Shown here in pieces: positions 11,873 through 25,427 of a stretch of 64,000 bases of DNA. Every line of letters begins with the position of its first letter. The first letter of the stretch is position 1. The notes under the pieces were generated by a model. The model saw nothing but the letters and a program-made list of their open reading frames with translations, made no database searches and was not told the origin of the DNA. This stretch comes from Octopus vulgaris (taxonomy: Eukaryota). The DNA lies in contig OX597815.1 of NCBI GenBank assembly GCA_951406725.2, positions 212,040,001 through 212,104,000 on the forward strand, in the 5' to 3' direction. The position numbers and the translations under genes are program-made.

Positions 11873-12999
11873 GTGGTGATGATAAGAAGATGAGTATGTA
11901 AGGGAATAAACCTATAGCTTTCTGTCTGAAGTATTAGATATTTTCACTCTTTATAGCAAACATGTCTCGTTTCCCTTCGTTTCTTTTCCATTTTACATCA
12001 TTGACTTTATCAGCGATTCAGGTCACTGTCTATTTCCGTTAGCCACCTTGACATCTAGTAATAATATTATGTTGTACGAAATGAGTTAAGTTACTCCTGG
12101 TCGATAGTTTACTATGCTATCATATCTAATTCAACAGCTACGTTCGCTATAGAATTTCAACACCTTCTTCCATACAATACGATATTGCCTAGGTGAGCGT
12201 TTGCCATATCTATTTCTTGATATATTATCTCGTTTAATAAGGAAAACGTCTATACTGTTTCAAATTAAATCTCTTTATATCAGTAGGAACAGCCACACAG
12301 CCGTACAGATGTGCACCTTGCTCTGGCGTAGGATCCAGATGCAAAAGCTCAACAACTCCAACGAAAGAAGATGTTCAGTCAGACAGCGTGAGAATATTGA
12401 AATATTGCGATATAAGCCGCATAACAACCAATGTTGGGCAATAGGAAAATAGGGATTAGAGAAATATTGAAGTAACATGAAGCTTTTACGAAAAAAAATT
12501 AGAATCGAGTCTGTTCAATCCAGAAAGCTGTTTACAGAAATTATCTGATAACATTGCTATATCTATTTGGTTCAGGTAGACAAGTTTATGTTCAACGAAA
12601 AGAGTAATTAAGCGATGACAAGGATGCAGAAATGCTAAATAGGGTTACCAATTTGCTAGAAATAACAGCTAAATTTGCTTGAAATCGGTCCCTTCTAACT
12701 AATTTAACAAAAGGAAAAGACATCTTGGCTAACTTAGTCCTAAATACTCTAAATTGGAATAAAAGATAGAATGACTTCGATGTTAAGATGTTTGCTTTGC
12801 AACAAGATGGCTTCTTGGTCAAGTGTCTTCGAGTTAACCAATGCCTGCGAGTGGAAGCCGGTAGATGGAGACTTTAAGGAAGCTCATTCCATATAAATGG
12901 GGGGAGGGCTTGTGTATAATGATCTGCAATGGTGCCTCAATTTGCGCCTCTTTACATCAAAAAGTGACTATTGAAATCAGTACTAATAATGATAATGAT

Positions 13000-13213
13000 C
13001 CTTTCTACTAAATGCACAAAGCTTGAAATTTGTGGGGAGGGAACTTGTCGATTACATCGACCCCAGTGTTTCACTGGTACTTAATTTATCGATCCCGAAT
13101 TGATGAAAGGCAAAGTCAACCTCGGCGGAATTTGAATTCAGAACATGAAGGCGGGTGAAATACTGCTAAGCATTTCGTCCAGCGTGCTAACGATTCTGCC
13201 AGCTCGCCGCCTT
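13000..13213 (-). mobile_element. SINE family D monomer (tail B)
   Basis: Reverse complement of the family D head and core. Further copies at about 15535-15745(-), 17590-17795(-), 17945-18110(-), 18605-18750(-), 18765-18972(-), 24516-24940(+, two), 34080-34290(+), 35270-35470(-), 41370-41590(+), 46925-47095(+). Confidence 0.85.
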
Positions 13214-13238
13214 CATAATAATAATAATAATAATAATA

Positions 13239-13295
<57 letters not shown>

Positions 13296-13950
13296 AAGGG
13301 TTTGATCCAGTAGCCATCTGGTCCCGGGGCTTTCAGTTGCTCATTTTATTTGCTGATTTCCTTCACTTCCCTAACTGAAATGACTACTTCTGCCTGTTTT
13401 GCACAGACTACTGTTTGTTTCAGTTCTTGCAACCATTCAGCATCCTTCTTGTGCTCCTTGTCTTTGCTCCAGATGTCATTCCCAAACCTTTGACTTTCAT
13501 TGTTATCTGGTATCAACTTTTCATCTGTACATTCTCCATTTCTTTCTTTATAGAATCTCTTTTGATCTACTCTGAATAACCTATCTTGGTTGTAACCCTT
13601 CATTCTTTGGTCGTATCTTACCATCTTCGCTTTCTTTGCAACGAGGCGCTGTTTCAGTTCCTCCACTACTACTTTCAGGCCTTTTCTTTCAATATTATAC
13701 TTCCTTTTCAGCGCCCTGTATTTTTGTTCGCTTTTAAGCTCCCCTTTCTCTTTTCGGTCTAACACAGAGATTTCCTTCGAGAGATTGTCTAACCCTGCTT
13801 GGATTCTTTTCCGCCATGGATCTTTTCTTTTGTCACTCCCATTATGTTTCTTTTTCTTGACATCAACACCCACCTTTTCTGCTACATCAATACTTGCTGC
13901 CTTAATCAAATTATTTGTTTCTAAGTACAACAATATTCTCCTAAACATCA
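13296..13950 (-). mobile_element. R4/Dong-like non-LTR retrotransposon fragment (pre-RT region)
   Basis: PWRKRI...EELKQRLVAKKAKMVRYDQR..NQDRLFRVDQKRFYKE...IWSKDKEHKKDAEWL...KMSN*KAPGPDGYW; abuts (TAA)n. Short second copy at 15905-16038 (+). Confidence 0.8.
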
Positions 13951-14049
13951 TTATTGGGAATACTTTAACATACATAATGCACTCCAGTACAAAAACCATG
14001 AAGATGTGACAGGAGATGGCAAAAGAGCTGATAATATTACACTGCAAAT

Positions 14050-14470
14050 AAGGCGACGAGCTGGCAGAATCGCTAGTACGCCGGGAAAAATGCTTAGCGG
14101 CATTTGGTCCGTCAGGCGTTAGCACGCCAGGCGAAATTCTAAGCGGTATTTCGTCTGCCGTTACGTTCTGAGTTCAAATTCCGCCGAGGTCGACTTTACC
14201 CTTCATCCTTTCGGAGTCGATAAATTAAGTACCAGTTACTCACTTTGGTCGATGTAATCGACTTAATCCGTTCGTCTGTACTTGTTCGTCCCCTCTGTGT
14301 TTAGCCCCTTGTGGGTAGTAAAGAAATAGGCATTTGGTCCGTCGTTACGTTCTGAGTTCAAATTCCGCCGAGGTCGACTTTGCTCTTCATACTTTCGAGG
14401 TCGATAAAATAAGTACCAGTTGAGTACTGGGGTCGATGTAACCGACTTAACTCCACCCCTAAAATTTGAA
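14050..14470 (+). mobile_element. Nested family D SINEs: tail-A copy (14114-14328) inside an older copy
   Basis: 15-bp direct repeat ggcatttggtccgtc at 14099-14113 and 14329-14343. Confidence 0.85.
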
Positions 14471-14794
14471 ATCAACATTACATTGCAAATAAAGTTCCTT
14501 TGCATCCTACACAATACACACCAAAACATCGAAATACTTCGGTAACTTGAATTACTAAGAGTAATAACTCTTCTTCAGATATCAAGTTCTTCTGTAACAC
14601 TTAACTATCATAACTACGCAGCAAATAATCTCTTGATTCCCTTCCAATCGTCAGCCTATCAAAATCCCAACAAAACCCCACTTCAGAGAACAAAATATAA
14701 ACACTTTTATAAACTTTCAAAAAACAAAAGAGAAAAATAACCCGATGAAGCTATTTTCACTAAGAAACTAAATTAGTTTCTACAACTTCAACAA

Positions 14795-14944
14795 GGCGCC
14801 ATCGCTGTGAGCTTTGAGAAGTTCGCTTAGTAACCACGTGATTTTGGGGTTCAGCATTCTAGACAAGAATCTTCTAGAGGCCGGACCAACCGATGTCTTG
14901 TAAGTGAGTTTGATAGGCAGAAACTAGGTAGAGTCTCATTTGTG

Positions 14945-15001
<57 letters not shown>

Positions 15002-15215
15002 ACATGTGTATGAACTATTTTGTGTTTATTCTTCGCGACTTGACAACTGGCGTTGGTATGTTCAAGTCACCGTAACTTATCGGTTCATCAAAAAATGATA
15101 GAAAATGACAGACGCAAAAATAAATACGATGGCAAATTTCTTTGACGAATCCAGTCATTGTGGCGCCTCAGCATAACCACAGGCTAACGACCGAAACCAG
15201 TTAAAGAGTAAAAGA
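14795..15215 (+). mobile_element. Degenerate OK-like SINE with internal (TG)n
   Basis: Same layout as 27898-28345 (head, cttgt.agtg..tttg.tag.c.gaaact, TG tract, ttgacaac, tail gaccgaaacc). Confidence 0.6.
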
Positions 15216-16700
15216 TTAACATCACAAACCGCAAGACATTCACTCTACGGGTTTCCAAAACCGCATGCCGCAGGCAACAGAAGTGAAATATAACCCAAAT
15301 CGCACAAAACGAAATTGTTAATCTAATAGAAATCAAGAACAGCAGAAATACAAAACATCGTCAGGCAACTAAAGAAGAAAATAGCAAAGAAAATAAACAA
15401 ACTACGGGAAAGAAACAAAATTGGCAACCATTTGAGTCTATTATGAACTCCAAGCAATCAGTAAAATACTAAACAAAGCATCAGGAAATGAATAACGATC
15501 ATCGACAACTGGAACAGCAGCGACGTATATTAGTTTCAGATTTTGGTACCAGACCAGCAACTTCGTGGAAGCGGGTAAGTCGATTACATCGACCCCAGTG
15601 CATAATTGGTACTTATTTTATCGACACTGAAAGGATGAAAGGCGAAGTTGACCTTGGTGGAATTTGAACTCAGAACGTAGAGACAGACGAAATGCTGCTA
15701 AGCATTTTTCACGGAGTGCTAACGATTCAGCCAGCTCGCCGCCTTTGGCAGTAACACGTATATATTAAAAAATACTTGTTATGCATCCAGTAGTAAGTAA
15801 ACTCAAATATGAAATCCTTCCTGGAAATTAGTCACTAAAATCCACACAAAGAAATCAAAAACACAAACCACATGTTCTTTCCACCTAGATCAGCACCTCT
15901 TCAGACACTGAAACAGCACCTCGTTGCAAAGAAAGCAAAGATGGTAAGATGCGAACAAAGAATGAAGGGTTACCACCAAGATAGGTTATTCAGAGTAGAT
16001 CAGAAGAGATTCTACAAAGAAATAAATATAGAGTGTACAAACTGCGGCCCATGGGCCATTCTGAATGACATGCCTAATTTCAATAGGAAAGGTACCGCTT
16101 ATTAAAATTAACTTGAATTTTTATTTATTTATTTATTTATTTTTGTAGGGCTGCCCACTTGATGATGATCCATGTCTCATGCGACCAGCTTCTTGAAAAA
16201 TGTTGCCCATGCCTGATCAGCATCATCATCAGGAACCTCGCGTTCTATCAAATACCACAATAAACAATTCCATAAACCCAAAAATTTTAGGCCCCATTAA
16301 AAAATCACAATTATCTACTTACAATAAATGAACCCTAGAGTAACCATTACATTAACCAACATCTTCAGCTACTAACATCAACTCTGCTAAATCCTCGGAA
16401 ACTGGAATATGGGTGGGGGGGTGGGGGAATTATGCAAATTCTATGACCTTACAGAAACCATGCCAAAGCACCATAATATAGACCTGTTCTTATATATAAA
16501 CTCCAAAGGCCCTAGGAAAGCTCATCCTTGATACCATTAACCTGCACCTTTATATTTCGAGTATAGATTCAGAATACTACAAGCCCAAAAAGCTAGCACA
16601 GTTGATAAACACCGCTTCAGCAGGATCGACAGAAAAACAAGCAAGCTCTATTTTTCTTGTCATCGACATCAACAAAGTTTTCCACTCCGGTTATTCATCA

Positions 16701-17100
16701 TCTATTATATAAAATCTGTTCTGTCTGTCTGTCTGTGTGTGTCTTCTAGGATCTCGGGCATCCTCCATCCGATTGCGCTCAAATTTGATATGTAGATATC
16801 GACGGTATCAGGGCGTGTATAAGTCTTGAAAAAATTGCAAAAATCGACTCCAGGTGAGAATAAGATCGATAAAGCCGTGGGAACGTGCATTTGTAAAATC
16901 GTTTTTCTTAGAATAGAAAAAAAGTCTATGTTTATTTCTTCTTTTGCTGGTGTTTCAAATTTAGGTTAACTAAGTGTTTCTCAAAGGGGAGGCCTATTTG
17001 ACGGTCGGACAAGTTGTTTTGAGAAAATTTGGTTTAAATGTTTGACAACTCAGCACCATCCATTGGACGGGAGGGCGTTTTGCTCGTTGTTATATATAAA
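16701..17100 (+). mobile_element. Helitron-like 5' fragment
   Basis: A|TCTATTATATAAAA followed by (CTGT)n and ccgattgcgctcaaatttg. No CTAG 3' end seen, so the right boundary is approximate. Confidence 0.6.
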
Positions 17101-18176
17101 TGAAACAGTTGACAACGTCTTAAGAAGCAACACAAAACTATAACCAGTAAATGATCGCCAAACTTGTGCAGATGACATTTACAACGCTTTTCTGCAACCT
17201 CTTACAGGCTATACAGTATGCATCCTTTCTCTTACCTACGCTTTTTGACTTATACTAAATTCCTACATTTTTGCAAAACACACACGAGGTTCGTAGGTAG
17301 ATAGAACTATATTAACGTCTTTCTACCATTCCCCAAGCAAAACTATTTTAACCCTACATCAACTGCATAGGAACTTGATTGCAAAAAAGAAAAACGATTA
17401 GAAAATAATACCTATCAAATCCATCATATCGTCTTACCAGCAACCAAAAAAGTATTACATTTAGCGACGTAAACAAGCATCAGAGGGTAACACACGCGCG
17501 CGCGCGTATGCACGCAGATATATATACATACTTACATTTATATAGATTCGTATATACATATATGTATATATATAAACAGAAATAATGGCTTCGAACTTTA
17601 GCAAAAGTCCAACAATTTAAGACAAGTAAGTTGATTGCATAGATCTTAATGTTCAACTAATACTTATTTTATCGACCCCTGAAAGCATGAATGGCAAAAT
17701 CGACCTCATCAACATTTCAATTCTAAACGTAAAGCCGTAAGAAATACCGCTAAGCATTTTGTTCGGTGTGCTAACGTTTCTTCCAATCTCGCCGCTAGAG
17801 AGAACCAGCAAATATAATAATAGTTGAAGAACAGCAACTGACACACGTTCATTGAGTCAACCAGTTTCGAAGAATGAGTTAGAAAGAGCTTGGATAGAGA
17901 CCCTTTATACCTGTTGTGCGTGCGTGAGTTGTTTCAGAATAGTAAATAACAAGTGAATAGGTGTTCGACCGGTACTTAGTTCTTTGACCTCAAAAGTAAT
18001 GAAAGGCAACGACGACTTCCGCGGAATTTGTACTTAGAATGTAAACTGGAAGAAATAAGTAATCTGGTATGTATTTTGTTTGGCGTGCCAACGATTCTGT
18101 CAGCTCGCCGTCTTGACAGCCAGAATAGTAATGGCTTCAAATGGCTCAAGGCCAGCAGTTTCAGGGGAAACTGTCT

Positions 18177-18580
18177 CTCTTTACTCTTTTACTTGTTTCA
18201 GTCATTTTGACTGCGGCCATGCTGGAGCACCGCCTTTAATCGAGCAACTCGACCCTGGGACTTATTCTTTGTAAGCCCAGTACTTATTCTATCGGTCTGT
18301 TTTGCCGAACCGCTAAGTGACGGGGACATAAACATGCCAGCATCGGTTGTCAAGCAATGCTAGGGGGACAAACACAGACACACAATTTACACGCACACAT
18401 ATATATATACATATATACGACGGGCTTCTTTCAGTTTCCGTCTACCAAATCCACTCACAAGGCTTTGGGCGGTCCAGGACTATAGCAGAAGACACTTGCC
18501 CAAGGTGCCACGCAGTTGGACTGAACCCGGAACCATGTGGTTGGTAAGCAAGCTACTTACCACACAGCCACTCCTGCGCC
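18177..18580 (-). mobile_element. OK-like tRNA-derived SINE (family C), full length
   Basis: Head ggcgcaggagtggctgtgtggtaag..ggttcagtcc, internal TA/TG tract, tail catggccgcagtcaaaatgactgaaac(AGTAAAAG)n; closely similar to 27898-28345 and 46439-46850. Confidence 0.9.
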
Positions 18581-19288
18581 TATAGAAAGAGTAAGAAGAT
18601 TATGCAAATGCTGCACTGGTACTTATTTTGTCAACCCCGAATTGATGAAAGGCAAAGTCAACCTCGGCGGAACTCAGAACATGAAGACGGATGAAACGCC
18701 GTTAAGCATTTTGTCCGGCATGTCAACGATTCTGCCTGCTCGCCACCTTAACACTAATAATAATTATGGTTTCAAATTTTGGCACAAGGCCAGTAATTTC
18801 GGGGTGGGTGGGTAGGTCGATTACGCCAGTGTTGTACTGATACTTATTTTGTCGACCTCGAAAGGATGAAAGGCAAAGTCGACTTCGGCTGCATTTGAAC
18901 TCGTAAAGATGTTATGAAATGCCGCTAAGCATTTTGCCTGACGTGCTAACGATTCTGCCAGCTCACCGCCTTAGCAACAGTCATTATTTCGATGTCGCTT
19001 ATTGCTATTACTGTTAGAACTCAAGGCATCCACAACACCAGCCAATAAGTAGTTAAAAATAATAAACGTGACGTCAGTTACATTAGTTATATCTAAAGTA
19101 TAAACTCATACTAATTACGAAAACTAAATTTCCGGATGGATTTGGGTTTTTTTTTTTGTTTTCTCCTTCCCGCAGTTCCATCTACATAAAAATTTGGGAT
19201 TTTATGTTTTTAGGTTTCTACTTTCATGTTTCAAATTTTATGTTCCACATTCTTCGTTTCAAATTTTATGTTCAACAACTACCAGCAA

Positions 19289-19691
<403 letters not shown>

Positions 19692-20307
19692 GAAACTAAC
19701 TGCAAAATCTATTTTACGTAGATGGGTTAACAATGCATTTATATTTATAGTGTAGGTCATACATATTTTTAAATGTGTTAGCAAACAAGGGGTATGTGGC
19801 TGTCAAAGTAATTAAGTTTTTATGACTACAATTTTACATATTTTCTCCGGTTTTTGTTTTTCTTTTTTGCCTTTGTTTTTTCGTTGTTTTTTTTTTTTTT
19901 ATTTTGTTTTTTTTTTATCTTTCTATTAACTGCAGTGTTTATCACTAGAACATCACAGCTATTCATCCCTTGACGCCCTTTCAACAAACGGATGTTCGCT
20001 GCAACAACACGAGCATAGATCGTTTTTTTGTTTGTTTTTTTTAAATGCCTTTCAATTTTTACCATCCAAGGTTTCGAAACTTACTTCAAAGATGTCACCG
20101 TGTAAACTCTGATCTGATGTGATATAATCATTTTTTTCTAAATCGAACTGCTGACAAACTCTCTGATATCAGTCCCCTGAAAATCGTCCCTGATTCTATG
20201 TTATACATCTCGTTCTAAAAATTTTAGAAAGTTTTAAGGTATAATGCCATCTTACTAACGATGTGTAAAACATTATAATGTGTATGTGTGTGTGTGTATA
20301 AATAAAT

Positions 20308-20392
<85 letters not shown>

Positions 20393-20677
20393 CAATAATG
20401 ATAAAGGGTAAAATTAATTAATCAATTAATAATTAATAATTTTACCAAGTAGTTCGGTATGTTAAAAGAACCATTATCGGTAAACTTATACAAAAATTCT
20501 TTAATTATGAGCATAATTATAATTAGGGTTCAGCAAAATTTGCTTCACCACATACCGAAATTTAGAAATAGCAGTTAAAATACTCTTCTGCTACCATAAG
20601 AAATCTCCCAGACAACAATACTCAACAACTCACGCAGGTAAAGAGAAAGAAATAACGAATCTACCCGGCTTTGCTAA

Positions 20678-20760
20678 ACTGTATACGCGTTTCGGGGTTA
20701 GAGAGATGTAAAAAATGTAAAATCATATTTCTACTCACTCATTCCCTTTGTCAGAACAGT
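20678..20760 (-). ncRNA. Type I hammerhead-like motif (G8->A mutated)
   Basis: actgtt-CTGACAA-a-ggg...ccc-GAAAC-GC-GTA-tacagt. Confidence 0.65.
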
Positions 20761-20832
20761 ATTTCAAATTTTTAATTTGAGAGCACTGATAATTAACATA
20801 CGTATTCGACCAAGCGCCATAACATTTGAAAT

Positions 20833-20914
20833 ACTGTATGACGAAGGGAATGAGTGAGTAGAAATATAGTTTTACATTTTTTACATCTCCCTAACCCCGA
20901 AACGCGTATACAGT
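20833..20914 (+). ncRNA. Type I hammerhead-like motif (C3 lost)
   Basis: actgta-TGACGA-a-ggg...ccc-GAAAC-GC-GTA-tacagt; perfect 6-bp stem I and palindromic ACGCGT helix III. Confidence 0.7.
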
Positions 20915-21129
20915 TAATCAAAGCCGGGTGGATTTGTTATTTTTTTCTCTTGATCTGCATGAGTTGTTGAGTATTGCTGTCTGGGAGATATATTATGGTA
21001 GTGGAATAGTATTTTAACTGCTATTTCTAAATTTCGGTTTGTGGTGAAGCAATTTTGCTGAACCCTAATTATAATTATACTCATAATTATAGAATTTTTA
21101 TTGTTATATATATATATAAAACAGCACCT

Positions 21130-21163
<34 letters not shown>

Positions 21164-21896
21164 GTAGAAAGGTGCTGTTTGTAACACAAGCACAAGGCCA
21201 TACATCTATGGGGTTTGGGGAACAGTTGATTAATTTGATCATTGACACTTTAATTCATTAAGCAAGAAGGAATGAAAGAATAAGTTGATCTTGGCTGGAT
21301 TTGAATTCAAAACGCAAAGAGCTGGAACAAATTCCGCAAGGTGCTCGCCTGGCGCTCCACCGCTTTTAGCATTCTAATTTTGTTTAATGGTTTAGATGAG
21401 AAACGGCAGCTTTTATGGCCTTTAATTGAGCCTTCTGCTTGATAAAAAAAATTGTAACGCGTAGATTTCTGCTGTAGTAATTGGAGGGCATGAGAAATAC
21501 TGAGTGGATTCGCGGACTAGATCCGAATATCGCAAGAGTGAGCTCTGCAGAAAGTACCCTACGACCTGATCGTGGTGGTTGTGGTAGTGGTGGTGGTGGT
21601 GGTGTTAAACCGAACCAGAATGAAGTGTACCATTTAAGAACATGTTGTAAGTGCTTCTACCATTGTAGTACCGGTGCTTATACAATTTTTCACTTGTGCT
21701 TCTACCATTTTGGTACCGATACTTCTACTCCTTTTGTTATACCAGTTTTCTTTAACTAGTTGATGATGAAACATTTCTTATGCTAGAAATCGTGCCATCT
21801 ATTGCAAAAGTTGCGTATAAAGAATTTAAGTTCAGCAATGTCTGCTGATGACTTTCTCAATAATTGCAGAATAATTACAGAGATGCAGAACGGAAC

Positions 21897-21947
21897 TTTA
21901 TCAGTGAACAGGTTGCGGTCTCAAAGCGACGAAAATATTTTGATAAA
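21897..21947 (+). ncRNA. Minimal type I hammerhead-like motif with G3-C8 core swap
   Basis: tttatca-GTGAACA-g-gttgc-ggtctcaaa-gcgac-GAA-AATATT-T-tgataaa: 7-bp stem I, 5-bp stem II, palindromic helix III. Confidence 0.7.
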
Positions 21948-23232
21948 TTAAATTTAAATGTTGAAGTGAATCTAACGGATTTTGTTTGTTTCTTAAATGG
22001 CTTATAAACACCTTCTACGCTGCAATTGTTTTCCTGCCAGCACTCGATCTCAGACCAGGTCACTTGCTATGCAAGTACATCTCCGTAATACAGAATAATC
22101 ATTGCCTACAAGTACTCTATTGGTAATTGAATGCCTTTACCAACTTTAAGAGAGAAGAATAAAATTTTGAAGACTTTGGAGCGGTAATTCTAGCAGAGCC
22201 TTCTTTGTTTACTTTACATTGCACTGTCCACTGTTATGTCCATCTGAAAAATCCTGGTGGCAGTTGTGCATGAATAGAGAATAGCTGCCCAGACTATTAT
22301 ACTTCACTCGATACGACTCGCCATTGCATATCAGAGTGTGCGGTGTGATGATTCATTTCTGCATTTTGAATTGCGCAATGTGATTCTCAGTTAGGTGACA
22401 GTGTGCTGCATCTATAATCATGCACCTATGGGTTGTAACTTAATCGTTTGAACCTCGACCGTGCGAGCAAAGAACCAGAGCTGACTGGGGACCATATCGC
22501 CATCACAACAATAACGGACGTCTTTATATGAAAAACATCGTAACGCTGGTGATGGAATGTGAACCGTCATTCCATCCCATCGAGAGGTAGACCAGAACTT
22601 AATTACTCATTAACTCGATATTCCAGCTAATGATAGCCATTTCGATGTTGATGTTTTAATCCTTAATTGTTCAGTTGTCATTTTGGTGTGTGGGTTTTGG
22701 TGAGTATAATGTTTACGAACATATTTTCTGTCAGACTGCAGATTAATGTATATTCCAGGAATCTCTATGAAATTTATCCTAAGTGCTCATATTTAATGGC
22801 AAACAGCAGCATCTATAGAGCACTGCAAACAGATTTCCCACGACTATCTTCCTTTCGTGGGCCAGGTCGTTTCTGACCTTGGCACGATTAAAGCAAAAAA
22901 AAAAAAATGAAATGCAAGGGGTTTTCTCTGTTCTCAAATGACTCCATTCTTACAGAATATAAAATGTAAAAACAGGCAAAACAAAAATAAAAGCGACTGC
23001 AAATTGAAATGGAGAGAAGGGGGAGAGGACGATAGCGAAAAATAAAACATTCTGATAATGTTACCCTTTGTTTAAAGCGAAAAGATACCAAAGAACCACC
23101 CACTGACATTAGCAAACCACGCATTGGTTGCATCAGTTTCGGATATCTGAAGAGGGTAAATTTTTTCCTTTTTCTGTATCGCCAACTCATCTAAATGAAT
23201 TTGCAATGCTAAATAAGCATCACCTCACCCTC

Positions 23233-23239
<7 letters not shown>

Positions 23240-23309
<70 letters not shown>

Positions 23310-23416
23310 CTATTTATCTATCTCACTGACTCCCCCTCCCTCTCTCTCTCTCAATCTGTCTCGCTTTCTCACCCTCTTATGCAAATATACATAATATACA
23401 TACATACATATACATA

Positions 23417-23462
<46 letters not shown>

Positions 23463-23692
23463 TATATATGTATGTATATTATATATATATATAAATATAT
23501 ATATGTATGTATTTATGTATATATGTATATATATATATATGTATATACGAATATATTTATATATATACATATACAAATATATACTCATATATACATATAT
23601 ATATATATATATATAAATATATATATATACACATGTATACACATATATACATATATATATACGTATGCATATATGCACATATATACATACGT

Positions 23693-23776
<84 letters not shown>

Positions 23777-23793
23777 ATATATATTTATATGTA

Positions 23794-23844
<51 letters not shown>

Positions 23845-24159
23845 CGTAGATGATATATATATATATATATATATATATGGCCGCAGCTCTGAGCTGAAAC
23901 TAGAAAAAAAAAAATATATATATATATACATACATACTCATATATACACACACACACAAAATGACGTTCGCAGTGGTGTGAAACTCGAGTTGCAAGAAAA
24001 AAAATTCATTTCAAATAAACCATGTTCAGTTTTCCTTCCTCGCTGCTTTACAATACATAGATACATACATGCGTGTGTGTGTATATATATATATATAAAT
24101 ATATACACATACATATACATATATATATACATACATATACATATATACATATATACATG

Positions 24160-24235
<76 letters not shown>
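23240..24235. repeat. Compound (TC)n/(TA)n/(CA)n field
   Basis: Directly visible. Confidence 0.95.
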
Positions 24236-24236
<1 letters not shown>

Positions 24237-24302
24237 CCAATGATGGTGTGAAATTAAGAATATCAGTTGCTTTTCACATAATGATAACAATACAATGTAT
24301 AC

Positions 24303-24460
24303 GATGATGATAGCATGCAACGTCTGTTTGGAAGCATGTAATATCTGATAATAGTACGAAACCTCTGATGATAGCATAGAGAACCTGTTGATAGCATGTA
24401 GCATTTGATGCTAGTATGAATTACGTTGTGGCAGCCATGAAACATGTTGTAATGATAATG
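24303..24460. repeat. Degenerate minisatellite, about 20-bp unit (CTGATGATAGCATGTAACAT-like)
   Basis: gatagcat/gaagcatg/atagtacg recur about every 20 bp, about 7 units. Confidence 0.65.
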
Positions 24461-25427
24461 CTAGTGACCTTGTTGTTGTTGTTGTGGCTGCTGCTGCTGC
24501 TGTTACCGTATCTGGGGCAGCGAGCTGGTTAGAATCGCTGGCGCATCCAGCAGAATTGCTTAACGGCGTTTCACCTGGCCTTGTGTTCTGATTTCAAATT
24601 CCTTCGAGTTCGACTTTGTCTTTCATATTTTCGTGGTCGATAAAGTAAGTACCAGTCGAGCACTGGCGTCGATGTTATTGACCAGCCGCTTCAGGCCTTG
24701 TGCCTATAAGTGAAAGATTTAATAAGGTGACCAGCAGGCAGAATTGTTAACGCACCGAACAAAATGTTTAACAGCATTTCTTTCGGTTTTACGTTCTGAG
24801 TTCAAATTCTGCCAAGGTCAGTTTTCTTTTCCTTTCATCCTTTCCAAATCGATAAAATAGCATCTGTTGAGCACTGGGGTTGATGTCAATGTCTAGCCTT
24901 CCCCACAAAATTTCAGACCGTGTACCTATAGTAGAAAGGATTATTATTATTGTAGTTTGGCACTAAGTGGACCTCGTCTAATTAATGACTTGTCCAGAAG
25001 ACGTATCACCAAATGTACATGAATATACACTCTTTTCCTTTATTAAAATGCTAAATTGTGTATTAAGGGAGATTTGGGTACTATTTCTAGCAGGTTGTTC
25101 AAGCCACTAGGCGGTGTTTTCGTTATCTATCCGCTGGTATGAAATTTGAGAGTAAAATGTTACATCTGGCAGTTAAATGTTATGTTGTAATATTCTACAG
25201 CTAATAGTGGGAAAAAAACTGCAGATAATAAGAAAATGTTAACGCTACAGCTGGTTGTTAGATGCAAGATCTAATTGTAAAATTATTACATACATCACTA
25301 TACAACACATATCAGAGCAATAAGGAACATCTGATGATCAGATGCCAGATTCAATGGTTACAATATTACATGTAAATGGGAAAAGGAAACCAAAGATAAA
25401 AGACTGAAACATAGTGTTTACGTTTGT

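Larger units (their letters stand above)
14470..17460 (+). mobile_element. Highly decayed Jockey/I-like LINE, interrupted by SINEs and a Helitron
   Basis: A/C-rich sense strand; motif remnants IFLVIDINKVFHSG (about 16650-16691) and QTCADDI (about 17160-17180). Boundaries are uncertain. Confidence 0.35.
20391..21099. mobile_element. Inverted pair of putative PLE pseudo-LTRs (arms 20492-20769 and 20824-21099) in (TA)n
   Basis: Imperfect inverted repeat of about 278 bp with a 54-bp spacer; each arm carries a hammerhead motif; TA tracts on both flanks. Confidence 0.8.

Noticed and set aside
13950-14125. N-terminal part of the 259-aa ORF as a chimeric gene
   Set aside because: Chance read-through from a SINE antisense strand into an R4 fragment.
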